NCBI GenBank assembly: GCA_002269645.1
Contig: NIVC01000225.1
Span: 474,416 to 538,415 of the forward strand
Source: Macrostomum lignano
Lineage: Eukaryota
DNA length: 64,000 nucleotides
Direction of reading: 5' to 3'
In this document: positions 53,335 through 64,000 of the stretch, piece after piece
Layout: the number at the start of each line of letters is the position of its first letter
How positions within the stretch are numbered: the first letter of the stretch is position 1
Notes under the pieces: generated by a model
Database searches by the model: none
What the model was told of the DNA's origin: nothing
The model's input: only the letters and a program-made list of their open reading frames with translations
Program-made: the position numbers and the translations under genes

Positions 53335-54085
53335 GTTATTGTGGTACATTGGAGTGGTTGGCCTACATTGGGGGTGGTTGTTTTATGTACATTGGGGTGG
53401 TTGGTCTATGTACATTGGGGTGAGTGGTTTTATGTACATTGGGGTGAGTGGTTTATGTACATTGGGGTGGTTGGTTTATGTACACTGGGGTGGTTGGTTT
53501 ATGTACATTGGGGTGGTTGGTCTACGTACATTGGGGTGATTGGTCTATGTACATTGGGGTGAGTGGTTTTATGTACATTGGGGTGGTTGGTTTATGTACA
53601 CTGGGGTGGTTGGTCTATATACATTGGGGTGGTTGGTCTATGTACATTAGGGTGGTTGGTCTATGTAGATTAAGGGTGGTTGGTCTATGTACATTGGGGT
53701 GGCTGATCTTTGTAGATTAGAGAGGTTGGTCTATGTACATTGGGGTGGCTGATCTTTGTAGATTAGAGAGGTTGGTCTATGTACATTGGGGTGGTTTGTC
53801 TTTGTAGATTAAGGAGGTTGGTCTATGTACATTGGGGTGGTTGGTCTATGTAGATTAGGGAGTTTGGTCTATGTACATTAGGGTGGTTGGTCTACGTAGA
53901 TTAAGGGTGGTTGGTCTATGTACATTCGGGTGGCTGATCTTTGTAGATTAGGGAGGTTGGTCTATGTACATTGGGGTGGTTGGTCTATGTAGATTAGGGA
54001 GTTTGGTCTATGTACATTGGGGTGGTTGGTCTATGTAGATTAGGGAGTTTGGTCTATGCACATTAGGGTGCTGGTTTATGTACAG
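53335..54085. repeat. ~25-bp minisatellite (GGTTGGTCTATGTACATTGGGGT)
   Basis: Direct reading; Rab27 intron 2. Confidence 0.93.
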
Positions 54086-54198
54086 CGGACTGGGTGATTA
54101 ACCATGATCAACTGAAACAAGCATTAAATAGTTGGTTTTTGGCAGAGTTTAGGTTATCAAAAATGTTATAATAGAAATGACAATAATGGTAAACTCAC

Positions 54199-54447
54199 TT
54201 CAACTCGTCGGCAAGTTTCTGGGCCTCCTCGCTACTGACAACTCGCTGGCTCTCTAAATCTCTCTTGTTGCCAACTAGGATGATGTCCGGTCGCTCGCAA
54301 TAAGCATTAGTCTGCAGCAGGGTTAGCCAATTGCGAATGTCCATGAAGCTCTGATTTGAGGTCAAATCGAACACCAATAGAAAACCCATCGCGTCGCGAA
54401 AAAAAGCCGTGCTTAGAGATCTGAATCGCTCTTGGCCGGCTGTGTCC
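54199..54447 (-). CDS. Rab27: Rab27 exon 2 ([29 protein letters not shown])
   Basis: G3 and G4 boxes; Rab27-diagnostic AFFRDAMGF and AYCExPDI; canonical splice sites. Confidence 0.96.
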
Positions 54448-54604
54448 CTGCGAATGGAAAGTTATTTAAATAAAAAAATAAATTACGGTTATAATGAGCA
54501 TGCTAATGCTACTCAAAGTAATTGATGTGGCTATTAACAAGCTAATAAAAGTTAATAAAATGAAGATAAATTAGTCTAATTATAATTGCAGATAGAATGA
54601 TCAT

Positions 54605-55325
54605 GAACCAATCAGGGGAAAGTAAACCCCAAACTCCTGCCCCGATATCTCCATTGACCAATCAGAGATCAGTAAACCCCAAACTCCTGCCCCGATATCT
54701 CCATTGATCAATCAGAGATCAGTAAACCCCAAACTCCTGCCCCGATTTATCCATTGACCAATCAGAGACCAGTAAACCCCAAACTCCTGCCTTAATCTTT
54801 AAATTGACCAATCAGAGAGCAGCAAACCAAAAACCTTTTCCCCGATTTCTCCATTGATCAATCAGAGAGCAGTAAACCCCAGACCCATGTTCCGATTTCT
54901 CCATTGACCCATCAGAAAGCAGCCAACCCCAAACCCTTGCCCCGATCTCTCCATTGACCAATCAGAGAGCAGTAAACCCCAGACCCTTGTCCCGATCTCT
55001 CCATTGACCCATCAGAAAGCAGCCAACCCCAAACCCTTGCCCCGATCTCTCCATTGACCAATCAGAGAGCAGTAAACCCCAGACCCTTGTCCCGATCTCT
55101 CCATTGACCCATCAGAAAGCAGCCAACCCCAAACCCTTGCCCTGATCTCTCCATTGACCAATCAGAGAGCAGCAAACCCTAAAACCTTGCCCTGATCTCT
55201 CCATTGACCAATCAGAGAGCAGCAAACCCTAAACCCTTGCCCTGATATCTCCATTGACCAATCAGAGACCAGCAAACTCCAAACCCCTACCCCGATCTCT
55301 CCATTAACTAATCAGAGACTAGCAA
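54605..55325. repeat. 50-bp tandem repeat with a CCAAT box, about 14 copies
   Basis: CCATTGACCAATCAGAG units; Rab27 intron 1. Confidence 0.93.
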
Positions 55326-55401
55326 ACCTCCTATGAGCCTATACTATTTTAAAGTTATTTAAATATCAAAATAAATAAAAACATAAAATCGATCTACTAA
55401 C

Positions 55402-55667
55402 CAAAGCTGCAAATGCACTCGTTGAGACTCGCCAATAACACCATCGGACACTTGCGATCGGTGAATAACTCGCTTCTGTCGAAAGTCGATGCCAACTGTG
55501 CTGACAAATTTGGGATTGAAAGTGCCGTCAGTGTACTGATACAGCAGGGCGGTCTTGCCAACACCGGAATTGCCCAGAGCCAGCAGCTTCACCAGATAGT
55601 CATAGTCGTCAGCAAACTTGCCCTGACTTGAGTTAGTGTCAGCTTGTTGAATCATTGAATCCCCCAT
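55402..55667 (-). CDS. Rab27: Rab27 exon 1 ([37 protein letters not shown])
   Basis: P-loop and the Rab27-specific insert; TG|GTTAGT donor. The three exons total 693 nt (230 aa). An acceptor at 55702-04 precedes the ATG. Confidence 0.95.
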
Positions 55668-55789
55668 TGCTATTGTAGTTTGATAGTCACTGGCTGAGTC
55701 ACTGAAATGGAAGAAAATCAATACACAATAAAGAGCTATACAAGTATTAAAGACTAGTAGCCTACTGCATGACCGTTCGATTAGCCTAA

Positions 55790-56055
55790 TGACCATTTGA
55801 TTAGCCTACTGAATGACAATTTGATTAGCCTACTAACCATTTGATTAGCCTACTGTATGACCATTTGATTAGCCTACTGTATGACCATTTGATTAGCCTA
55901 CTGTATGACCATTTGATTAGCCTACTGAATGACCATTTGATTAGCCTACTGTATGACCATTTGATTAGCCAACTGTATGACCATTTGATTAGCCTACTGT
56001 ATCACCATTTGACTAGCCTACTCAATGACCATTTGATTAGCCTACTGTATGAGCA
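55790..56055. repeat. 24-bp minisatellite (GACCATTTGATTAGCCTACTGTAT)
   Basis: Direct reading. Confidence 0.93.
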
Positions 56056-56148
56056 CCGGAGTAGCGTAGCCTAAACAAGCCATATTAGCCATGAGACAAA
56101 AAAGTAGTTTAGATAAACAGATTCTGTACATAAACTTTTGGTCTAAAT

Positions 56149-56154
56149 TTATTG
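56149..56154 (-). terminator. Candidate poly(A) signal of the unidentified upstream gene
   Basis: AATAAA on the - strand about 200 nt after the stop at 56353, followed by a U-rich tract. Confidence 0.45.
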
Positions 56155-56352
56155 CGTATAAATGCAAAAACTATTCACACTTCAATTTTCGATACGAATT
56201 CACAAAGCAATATAAAAAGAGCAGGCAAAGAAAGAGTGAACTCGCGTAAAAATGTTCAGCTTAACATGATTGACCAAGGAGGAACTCGCAGGAAAAAAAT
56301 GCTAAAAAGTTAAAGCATGATAGCTACGATAAAAAATAAGCTGAATACAAAG

Positions 56353-56539
56353 TCAATTGCTGTGAACAGACGTCATGCTAACATCAGCGCTAGCCGCCAA
56401 GTTTACATCCTCTACGGCTTTGTCGAGATTGGCATCAGCGGATTCCGGCTCGAACCCGATTGATTTAGCGGCATCGTCGTCGAATATTTCTGCAGAGGAT
56501 TCAAATACTTGGACTCCATCAGGTGAGGGCAGAGGTGCG
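56353..56539 (-). CDS. Unidentified gene, terminal exon (acidic, APLPSPDGVQVF..SVHSN*)
   Basis: Strong acceptor cttcttccctatttttag; phase 2 matches the exon ending at 57587. Confidence 0.6.
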
Positions 56540-56599
56540 CTAAAAATAGGGAAGAAGCATGTAAAAATTGTGCGGATGGGGGATTGTACCAGGGTACAT

Positions 56600-57475
56600 T
56601 TTTCTAGACGGAGGGAGGGTTCGGAAAGGGAAGAGTGTACATTGGGCTGAGAGGGGTTCGGAAAGGGAAGAGTGTACATTGGGCTGAGAGGGGTTCGGAA
56701 AGGGAAGAGTGTACATTGGGCTGAGAGGGGTTCGGAAAGGGAAGAGTGTACATTGTGCTGAGAGGGGTTCGGAAAGGGAAGAGTGTACATTGGGCTGAGA
56801 GGGGTTCGGAAAGGGAAGAGTGTACATTGGGCTGAGAGGGATTCGGAAAGGGAAGAGTGTACATTGGGCTGAGAGGGGTTCGGAAAGGGAAGAGTGTACA
56901 TTGGTCTGAGAGGGGTTCGGAAAGGGAAGAGTGTACATTGTGCTGAGGCGGGGGTTCGGAAAGGGAAGAGTGTACATTGTGCTGAGGCGAGGGTTCGGAA
57001 AGGGAAGAGTGTACATTGGGCTGGGAGAGGGGTTCGGAAAGGGAAGAGTGTACATTGTGCTGGGAAGAGAGGGCTTCAATGGGAAGGGCAGAGTGTACAT
57101 TGTGCTGGGGAGGGAGGGTTTCGATAGGGGCAGAGTGTACATTGTGCTGGGGAGGGAGAGTTTCGATGGGGAGGGGCAGAGTGTACATTGTGCTGGGGAG
57201 GGAGAGTTTCGATGGGGAGGGGCAGAGTGTACATTGTGCTGGGGAGGGAGAGTTTCGATGGGGAGGGGCAGAGTGTACATTGTGCTGGGGAGGGAGGGTT
57301 TCGATGGGGAGGGGCAGAGTGTACATTGTGCTGGGAGGGAGGGTTTCGATGGGGAGGGGCAGAGTGTACATTGTGCTGGGGAGGGAGGGTTTCGATGGGG
57401 AGGGGCAGAGTGTACATTGTGCTGGGGAGGGAGGGTTTCGATGGGGAGGGGCAGAGTGTACATTGCGCTGGGAAG
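56600..57475. repeat. Two related G-rich arrays (GGAAAGGGAAGAGTGTACATTG / GGGGCAGAGTGTACATTGTGCTG)
   Basis: Direct reading. Confidence 0.93.
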
Positions 57476-57586
57476 TTTGACAGAAAGCACATCAAGGCAA
57501 GAGATGAATGAAATGGTGGAATAGAGTGTACTTTCTATAGGAATGGTAGATCACAATAAGCTCATAAAAGGACGAAAACAACTCAC

Positions 57587-57797
57587 GACTGCAGCTCCTG
57601 GATAGACTCCATTGGCTTGTATTCAACTAACAAGCGTTGTAGCAGAGGTGGCGCCATTCGTTTTCGAGGACTTTGCGGATTCGGTGACACGTGAAGGTCA
57701 GTCAATCGAGGAGTCGTATCGAACGTTGTTATTTGAGTCTGGCATGTAGTAACGGAAACGCTAGTCAGGACTGACAAAGATGACAAGTTTTTGACAG
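57587..57797 (-). CDS. Unidentified gene, internal exon (Ser/Thr-rich, SPRKR)
   Basis: attacag acceptor, TC|GTGAGT donor, open frame. Confidence 0.6.
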
Positions 57798-57884
57798 CTG
57801 TAATGAATAAATTAATTCAGGCATTAGAGTCCAGCCTATTGATCGTAAAACTGTCAGTAGAAAAAAATTGCGCAAACCACTTGC

Positions 57885-58021
57885 CGTTCAATTTCTCTGC
57901 TAGTCGCATGCTTCTCATTATTTCAGGCGACGATGCTACAAGCGATAGGCGACGTCGCTTGGCCGCTGGTGAAGAGGAGCGAAGGATCGGCGACTGATTA
58001 GCTGGGGCGTCCCGCCTTCGC
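57885..58021 (-). CDS. Unidentified gene, internal exon (NQSPILRSSSPAAKRRRLSL)
   Basis: attcag acceptor; G|GCAAGT donor giving an 87-nt GC-AG intron in the correct phase. Confidence 0.55.
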
Positions 58022-58049
58022 CTGAATAATTTAGTTAATATTTGGTAAT

Positions 58050-58950
58050 ATGGGATGAAGTGTAAATCTAGCCAACACCATATGGATTGCTAATCTAGCC
58101 AAAATCATGTGGATTGCTAATCTAGCCAACATCATATGGATTGCTAATCTAGCCAACATCATATGGATTGCTAATCTAGCCAACATCATGTGGATTGCTA
58201 ATCTAGCCAACATCCTATGGATTGCTAATCTAGCCAACATCATATGGTTTGCTAATCTAGCCAACATCATATGGATTGCTAATCTAGCCAACATCATGTG
58301 GATTGCTAATCTAGCCAACATGATATGGATTGCTAATCTAACCAACATCATATGGTTTGCTAATCTAGCCAGCATCAAGTGGATTGCTAATCTAGCCAAC
58401 ATCATATGGTTTGCTAATTTACCCAGCATCAAGTGGATTGCTAATCTAGCCAACATCATATGGTTTGCTAATTTACCCAGCATCAAGTGGATTGCTAATC
58501 TAGCCAACATCATATGGTTTGCTAATTTACCCAGCATCAAGTGGATTGCTAATCTAGCCAACATGATATGGATTGCTAATCTAGCCAACATGATATGGAT
58601 TGTTAATCTAACCAACATCATATAGATTGCTAATCTAGCCAACATCATGTGGATTGCTAATCTAGCCAAAATCATATGGATTGCTAATCTAGCCAGAATC
58701 AAGTGGATTGCTATTCTAGCCAACATCATGTGGATTGCTAATCTAGCCAACATCATATGGATTGCTAATCTAGCCAACATCATGTGGATTGCTAATCTAG
58801 CCAAAATCATATGGATTGCTAATCTAGCCAACATCATATGGATTGCTAATCTAGCCAACATCATATGGATTGCTAATCTAGCCAACATCATATGGTTTGC
58901 TAATCTAGCCAGCATCAAGTGGATTGCTAATCTAGCCAACATCATGTCTT
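58050..58950. repeat. 27-bp minisatellite (TGGATTGCTAATCTAGCCAACATCATA)
   Basis: 9-aa periodicity. Confidence 0.95.
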
Positions 58951-59459
58951 AGCTAATCCACAGCCGTATTACCTAAGAACCAGCCGATTGTTGCCAAGCT
59001 GCCAGTTATAAGTACAATCTGGCCCAGTCATTAGCAGAGCAAGTCATGCAGTTAGCCTTGTCACGTTTATTTGTCATGAAAAAGTGTAAACTATTAGTAA
59101 GTAACTGTAACATAAATAGTAATATGAAGCTAAATTAATCGTAAAGACTTTAATTGTAAGCTCGGAACGCTAGCCTAGAAGCGCCATGTAAATGAGAACA
59201 ATTTGCAATAAACAAAAATTAAACCAAGGGAACAGACAGAAAATCAGGCTTAGAAAAATTCGCAAGTAAAATGAGACTTACACCGTGCGAAATAGCGAAT
59301 AACTAATTAACTAACAGTAGAAGCACAGAAAGATCTGGCAAACCCCGCTACCGGTAATGAGAAGCGATTGTATAAAGGTCAAGAGATCAATATGAGACCG
59401 CAATCTATTCACTGTAAGAGCTTGCTTGAAGAGAGAAAACAAGAGATATGGACAGAATG

Positions 59460-59565
59460 GTAGACAGACACAAGTCAGACAGACAGACAGACAGACAGAC
59501 ACAAGTCAGACAGACAGACAGACAGACAGACAGGCAGACACTAAGACAGACAGACAGGCAGACAC
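59460..59565. repeat. (CAGA)n microsatellite
   Basis: Direct reading. Confidence 0.9.
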
Positions 59566-60349
59566 TAAGGGCGGAGAAAGAAGCAGGCACAGACGGGCAG
59601 CTACCAAAACTCGCTATAATAATAAGATTACAAACGGACAATGCAAATAAAATAAGAGTAAGTTGGCTTAGCTAATAAAGCAGCTTCTAAAGCCGATTTG
59701 AAGCAAATACTTTAGCAGTGTGGAATGCACAACTGTATTTCTTGTGCCAAAATTAATAAATATAATTTGCAACACATATTAATATGTAAATATGTAATAA
59801 TAATAATAATAATAATAAGCAAGTCTTAATAGCAGTCGCAATGCAAAACAAGTGTTAAACGTGCATAGAAACCGGTATGCACACACACGAAACAAACAAT
59901 GGCGTCGGTTTATCGGGAGGGGTGCTAATTTTTTTTTGACGCTTTAATCGTGACAACACAACGCCGGCTGGGTAAGTAAAGATCTGCAAATTTCATTTCC
60001 TTTCAAACGAATAGTTTCACCTGGAATGCAACTGGAACGCAACAGTGTAACAGGAACAGAAGCAGCAATTAAGTAATAAAGAATCAGATTTATCAGACAG
60101 ATGGGGCCTTGTAGTGTTTCTTTTCGCGTGCAACTGGAAATCAAGGCGGCACACAGGATGGAGCAGCACCATTTCGAAATTTATTTTCGTCGGGGAGCCC
60201 TGAAATTAATGGCCTTGAAACATTTTTAGCTAGCGTACCCATAAAGCTTGCGCGACCTTGAAGACTTAATTTCAATTGGCTCGTTAAACTAACACGCGCA
60301 GAGTGAATGCGCTGTGTTGCTATTTTTAGCTTATTGGGTGGGAATCACC

Positions 60350-60796
60350 CACAGATACTAAAACAACTAGATGGGCCACTCAGGCATAGGTATTTAGTAA
60401 AACTGCTTTCTACTTTCAGTTCAGTAGCAAAGAAGAATACTATAGCTATTTTATAAAAATAAAGGCGGCTGAAACGACTGATAAGTTTAGAAGCCCGAAG
60501 CTTGCAGGCGTAAACAGCTTGCTAATTGGTTCAGCAATAATGTACATTGGCCAGTCCACTGAAATGTACATGGCAGCTTAGGCTGGAATTCCGAGAAAGG
60601 CAATAAAAATTGGGGCGGGGCAGGGGGTAGTGTGGAAAGGCGCGGTTGAAGGGTTTAAGCGAGGGGGGTAAGAGCCAATAAATGAGCCGTGGCTTTAAAA
60701 ATGAATTAAAATGCTTCGGTTTAACTTACTACTGAACTGAAAGTAGTTTACATGCAAATTTGCAGAGTGGCCCATCTAGTTATTCTAGTATCTGTG
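60350..60796. mobile_element. MITE, 447 bp, 32-bp TIRs, 8-bp TSD (hAT/P-like)
   Basis: TIRs 60350-81 and 60765-96 match 30/32; TSD GAATCACC at 60342-49 and 60797-804; subterminal inverted CTACTTTCAGTTCAGTAG. Confidence 0.85.
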
Positions 60797-61825
60797 GAAT
60801 CACCTAGCAGTAAGGTCGAAACAGACAAACAAGTTGCTAATTGGCTCAAAGCAGTCACGTGACAACTTTTTCAACCAATAGTAGTGTTCCACTAAAAAGG
60901 GAAATCAGATGAGAACGCTAGATTTTGTAAGATTTGAAGAATTCGAATACTATACAAGTGAATGATGAACATCGAGGCTACAAAACCTATCCGTTTAGTA
61001 GATCAACAAAAAGAGGAAAAAAGCATTGCAACGGAACGGCAGTTAAACTGAAGTACAAACTACAGCATACACGCATATATCAAGCACTAAACAGCCAGAC
61101 TGCATAAATGTAACTTCAAACTAGAAATAATCGTAAACAGTACAATCATTACAGACAGATATTGGATGGAAAATTACAAAGGCTATTAAAAAAGGGGACA
61201 TTGGACCCGAAAACGGAGAGTTAACGATTTACATTAAGGCAACAATATCCACTCGTAGGTACAATTGATATGCTCCATTTTTTTGCTAATTATTAAAAAG
61301 CCCGAACGCATTAGCGCTTGATTATTAATAAAAAATCGCTCGATCAAAGACGCGATGTGCGTTAAGTAATCAGCCAAATAATTTCAATAGGTAGTCAAAT
61401 GCCTTTGTTAAACATTTTTATAATAGAAAAGACAATTTTTAAAAGTGCACAAAACGCAAAATAAATAGATATGGCACCCAAAGTATTATTTTCAAAAAAT
61501 AAGGAATGAACAAAGTTAAAGAATCAACCGCATGCTTATAACAAAATAGACTTATCTTATTTCAACGAGAACTATTTCGGAAATAGACAGATAGACTTTC
61601 TAGGCTAATATAAAATTGCGATATGTACGAGTTTTATTATGATTAGATAAAATGATTTGCTAAGCAAAATTGGCGTTGTTGATCAAAATAACCATTAAAG
61701 CTACAAAGATATTGAGGCTACTAAGGAACTGTTTTGCATATAAGGTCAGAATTTATTGAGGCACAAGGCATGCACTAATTTGAATAGAATTGATTCACAA
61801 TTCTCACATTTTTAACAGTTGTCAC

Positions 61826-61924
61826 CGAGTAGAGCTTCACGATATGCGCTTATTACAAACAGAAACTCATCATAGTTTGCGATGGCGATGTTGCACTCGT
61901 TATGAGATGGGTAATCCCAGGAGA
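61826..61924 (-). CDS. Candidate 99-nt symmetric exon (SWDYPSHNEC..EFLFVISAYREALL)
   Basis: atttag acceptor just past a tandem array, G|GTGACA donor, stop-free in phase 1/1; no homology recognised. Confidence 0.3.
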
Positions 61925-62004
61925 CTAAATATAGAATCAAAAGAATCCCAGAGTATCAGTATAAACCTCGGAATATTATAGAAAAGAACTTAAAAAAGGA
62001 ATCA

Positions 62005-62730
62005 TCAGAACTACAGAAGGAAATCCCCAGGAAACTACAGAAGGCAATCCCCAGGAAACTACAGAAGGGAATCCCCAGAAAACTACAGAAGGGAATTCCC
62101 AGAAAATTACAGAAGGAAATCCCCAGGAAACTACAGAAGGGAATACCCAGGAAACTACAGAAGGAAATCCCCAGGAAACTACAGAAGGGAATCCCCAGAA
62201 AACTACAGAAGGGAATTCCCAGAAAACTACAGAAGGCAATCCCCAGGAAACTACAGAAGGGAATCCCCAGAAAACTACAGAAGGGAATTCCCAGAAAACT
62301 ACAGAAGGAAATCCCCAGGAAACTACAGAAGAGAATACCCAGGAAACTACAAAATGGAATCCCTAAGAAACTACAATAGCGAATACCCAGAAAACCACAG
62401 AAGGGAATCCCCAGAAAACTACAAAAGGGAATTCCCCGTAAACTACAAAAGGGATCTCCCAAGAAACTACAAAAGGGATTACCTAAGAAGCTAATAAAAA
62501 AGGGATTACCTAAGAAGCTAATAAAAAAGGGATTACCTAAGAAGCTAATAAAAAAGGGATTACCTAAGAAGCTAATAAAAAAGGGATTACCTAAGAAGCT
62601 TAAAAAGGTATTACCCAAGAAACTAAAAAAGGGATTACCTAAGAAGCTTAAAAAGGTATTACCCAAGAAACTAAAAAAGGGATTCCCCAGAAAACTTCCA
62701 AAGAGAGTCCCAAAGAAACTAAAGAAGGAA
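62005..62730. repeat. 24-bp minisatellite (GAAACTACAGAAGGGAATCCCCAG)
   Basis: Direct reading. Confidence 0.93.
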
Positions 62731-63125
62731 ATCCCGTAGAAAAACAATAGAGAATCCTGCAAAGGTATGAAACTAAAAATAGTATCTATATAAACTATTA
62801 AAAGTGTAGCATAGAGACACCTATGCATAGACTGTTAAGCTAACTACAATTGTAAAGCAAATAAAACTACACTAGTAGTATATCAATTCGCTACGAGGCG
62901 ATACTTTATACATGAAAGGCCATAAATACATTCGCAAGTACGATCAGAACACGGAATTTGCCAGCAAATATTAAAATTGATTTGTTATTAGCAAAGTCAG
63001 AATCAACCGAGGGCAAAGCAAATCGCTGGCTGTTGAGGCACAATTGCGGAGGGCGTGTTAACTTTACAAAGCCACTTTACAAAATTATATAGTCTGCAGT
63101 ATCCACAGGACAGACAGCCGCAGGG

Positions 63126-63493
63126 TTACACGGTGGCATCCGACACCAGTCGACCAGCGCCGGCAGTCTTCCCAATATGTTGTCGGTGGTCCGAGTCGTC
63201 TACTAAATCGACATCGACATCGTCAGGCGAGGACGGCCTCGGATCTGGCAGCCGGTCCGACGATTGACTATTACTAAGACGTCCCGAGTTCGAATCCAAC
63301 AGATCGGCTTCCGCTTTGCGCAGTCGATCGTCCACGAGTTCTCGCTCATGCCGGAGATGTTCGAGATTGCTCTGCGATTCGCGGCTGAGTCGTTCGACAG
63401 TTAGGCTGAGCTGTTCGACGTCTTGAAGGAGACGGTCGTGTTGCTGCTGCTGCTGCTTGTCTGAAAGTTCCGGTTCGACTCCGTCTGTCAGGT
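63126..63493 (-). CDS. Coiled-coil exon of an unidentified gene (LLQDVEQLSLTVERLSRESQSNLEHLRHERELVDDRLRKAE)
   Basis: ccatttcag acceptor, GC-rich codon-like sequence, heptad pattern; 3' boundary uncertain (stop at 63126 or an internal donor). Confidence 0.6.
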
Positions 63494-63544
63494 CTGAAAT
63501 GGAATATTGATATCAGCAAGGGATTTTGGCTTGAAATTTTATTC

Positions 63545-64000
63545 AGCACACCTATAGACTCTCAATTGAGCACTCCCATAGACTCTCAATTGAGCACTCC
63601 CATAGATTCTCAATTGAGCACACCCATAGATTCTCAATTGAGCACTCCCATATACTCTCAATTGAGCACACCCATAGACTCTCAATTGAGCACACCCATA
63701 GACTCTCAATTGAGCACTTCCATAGATTCTCAATTGAGCACACCTATAGACTCTCAATTGAGTACACCCAAAGACTCTCAATTGAGCACTCCCATAGACT
63801 CTCAACTGAGTACACCCAAAGACTCTCAACTGAGTACACCCAAAGACTCTCAATTGAGCACGCCCATAGACTTTCAATTGAGCACACCCATAGACTCTCA
63901 ATTGAGCACACCCATAGACTCTTAATTGAGCACTCCCATAGACTTTCAATTGAGTACACCCATAGACTCTCAATTGAGCACACCCATAGACTCTCAATTG
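63545..64000. repeat. 24-bp minisatellite (CCCATAGACTCTCAATTGAGCACA), runs off the window
   Basis: Direct reading; internal palindrome CTCAATTGAG. Confidence 0.95.

Noticed and set aside
55570-55590. Rab27 P-loop GNSGVGKT (Asn instead of Asp) as a defect
   Set aside because: Asn at this position occurs in functional Rabs such as Rab3.
56375-56522. + strand exon ending at CAG|GTGAGG (56523)
   Set aside because: No partner + strand exons; the - strand reading has a strong acceptor and matching phase.
58973-59031. Alternative first exon (MTGPDCTYNWQLG..) for the unidentified gene
   Set aside because: Phase fits, but no independent support; competes with the multi-exon model.
63040-63128. PCGCLSCGYC after the stop at 63126 as a RING finger
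   Set aside because: In-frame stop precedes it and the first Cys pair is missing.

Overview
Eukaryotic animal genomic DNA with no prokaryotic features. GT-AG introns, TTAGGG repeats, poly-Gln coding tracts and a different minisatellite in nearly every intron suggest a free-living flatworm such as Macrostomum (inference). Genes reconstructed by hand from splice sites and phase: (1) a + strand Kirre/Roughest/NEPH/SYG-1-type adhesion protein (5 Ig domains, TM, tail ending SEV*), 20394-33280, signal-peptide exon not located; (2) a + strand 11-exon SLC6 catecholamine-type transporter ending LQHWLNF*, 39786-50763, with an apparent 1-bp deletion in exon 7; (3) a - strand Rab27, 55667-53124; (4) an unidentified - strand gene (58021-56353, one GC-AG intron) about 650 bp upstream of Rab27, possibly operonic, plus a coiled-coil exon at 63493-63126. 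Mobile DNA: a 2.7-kb Foldback/MULE-like element with tandem-repeat arms and a 9-bp TSD, a MITE with an 8-bp TSD, an IS630/Tc1-like remnant with inverted repeats, a tRNA-derived CORE-SINE and a dispersed ~170-bp repeat. A large share of the window is tandem repeat, and most long ORFs in the supplied track are artefacts of it. No clearly new biological system is demonstrable from sequence alone. The strongest leads are the intron-minisatellite architecture (splice, poly(A) and TF motifs inside repeat units), the foldback element, the divergent transporter and the candidate operon.
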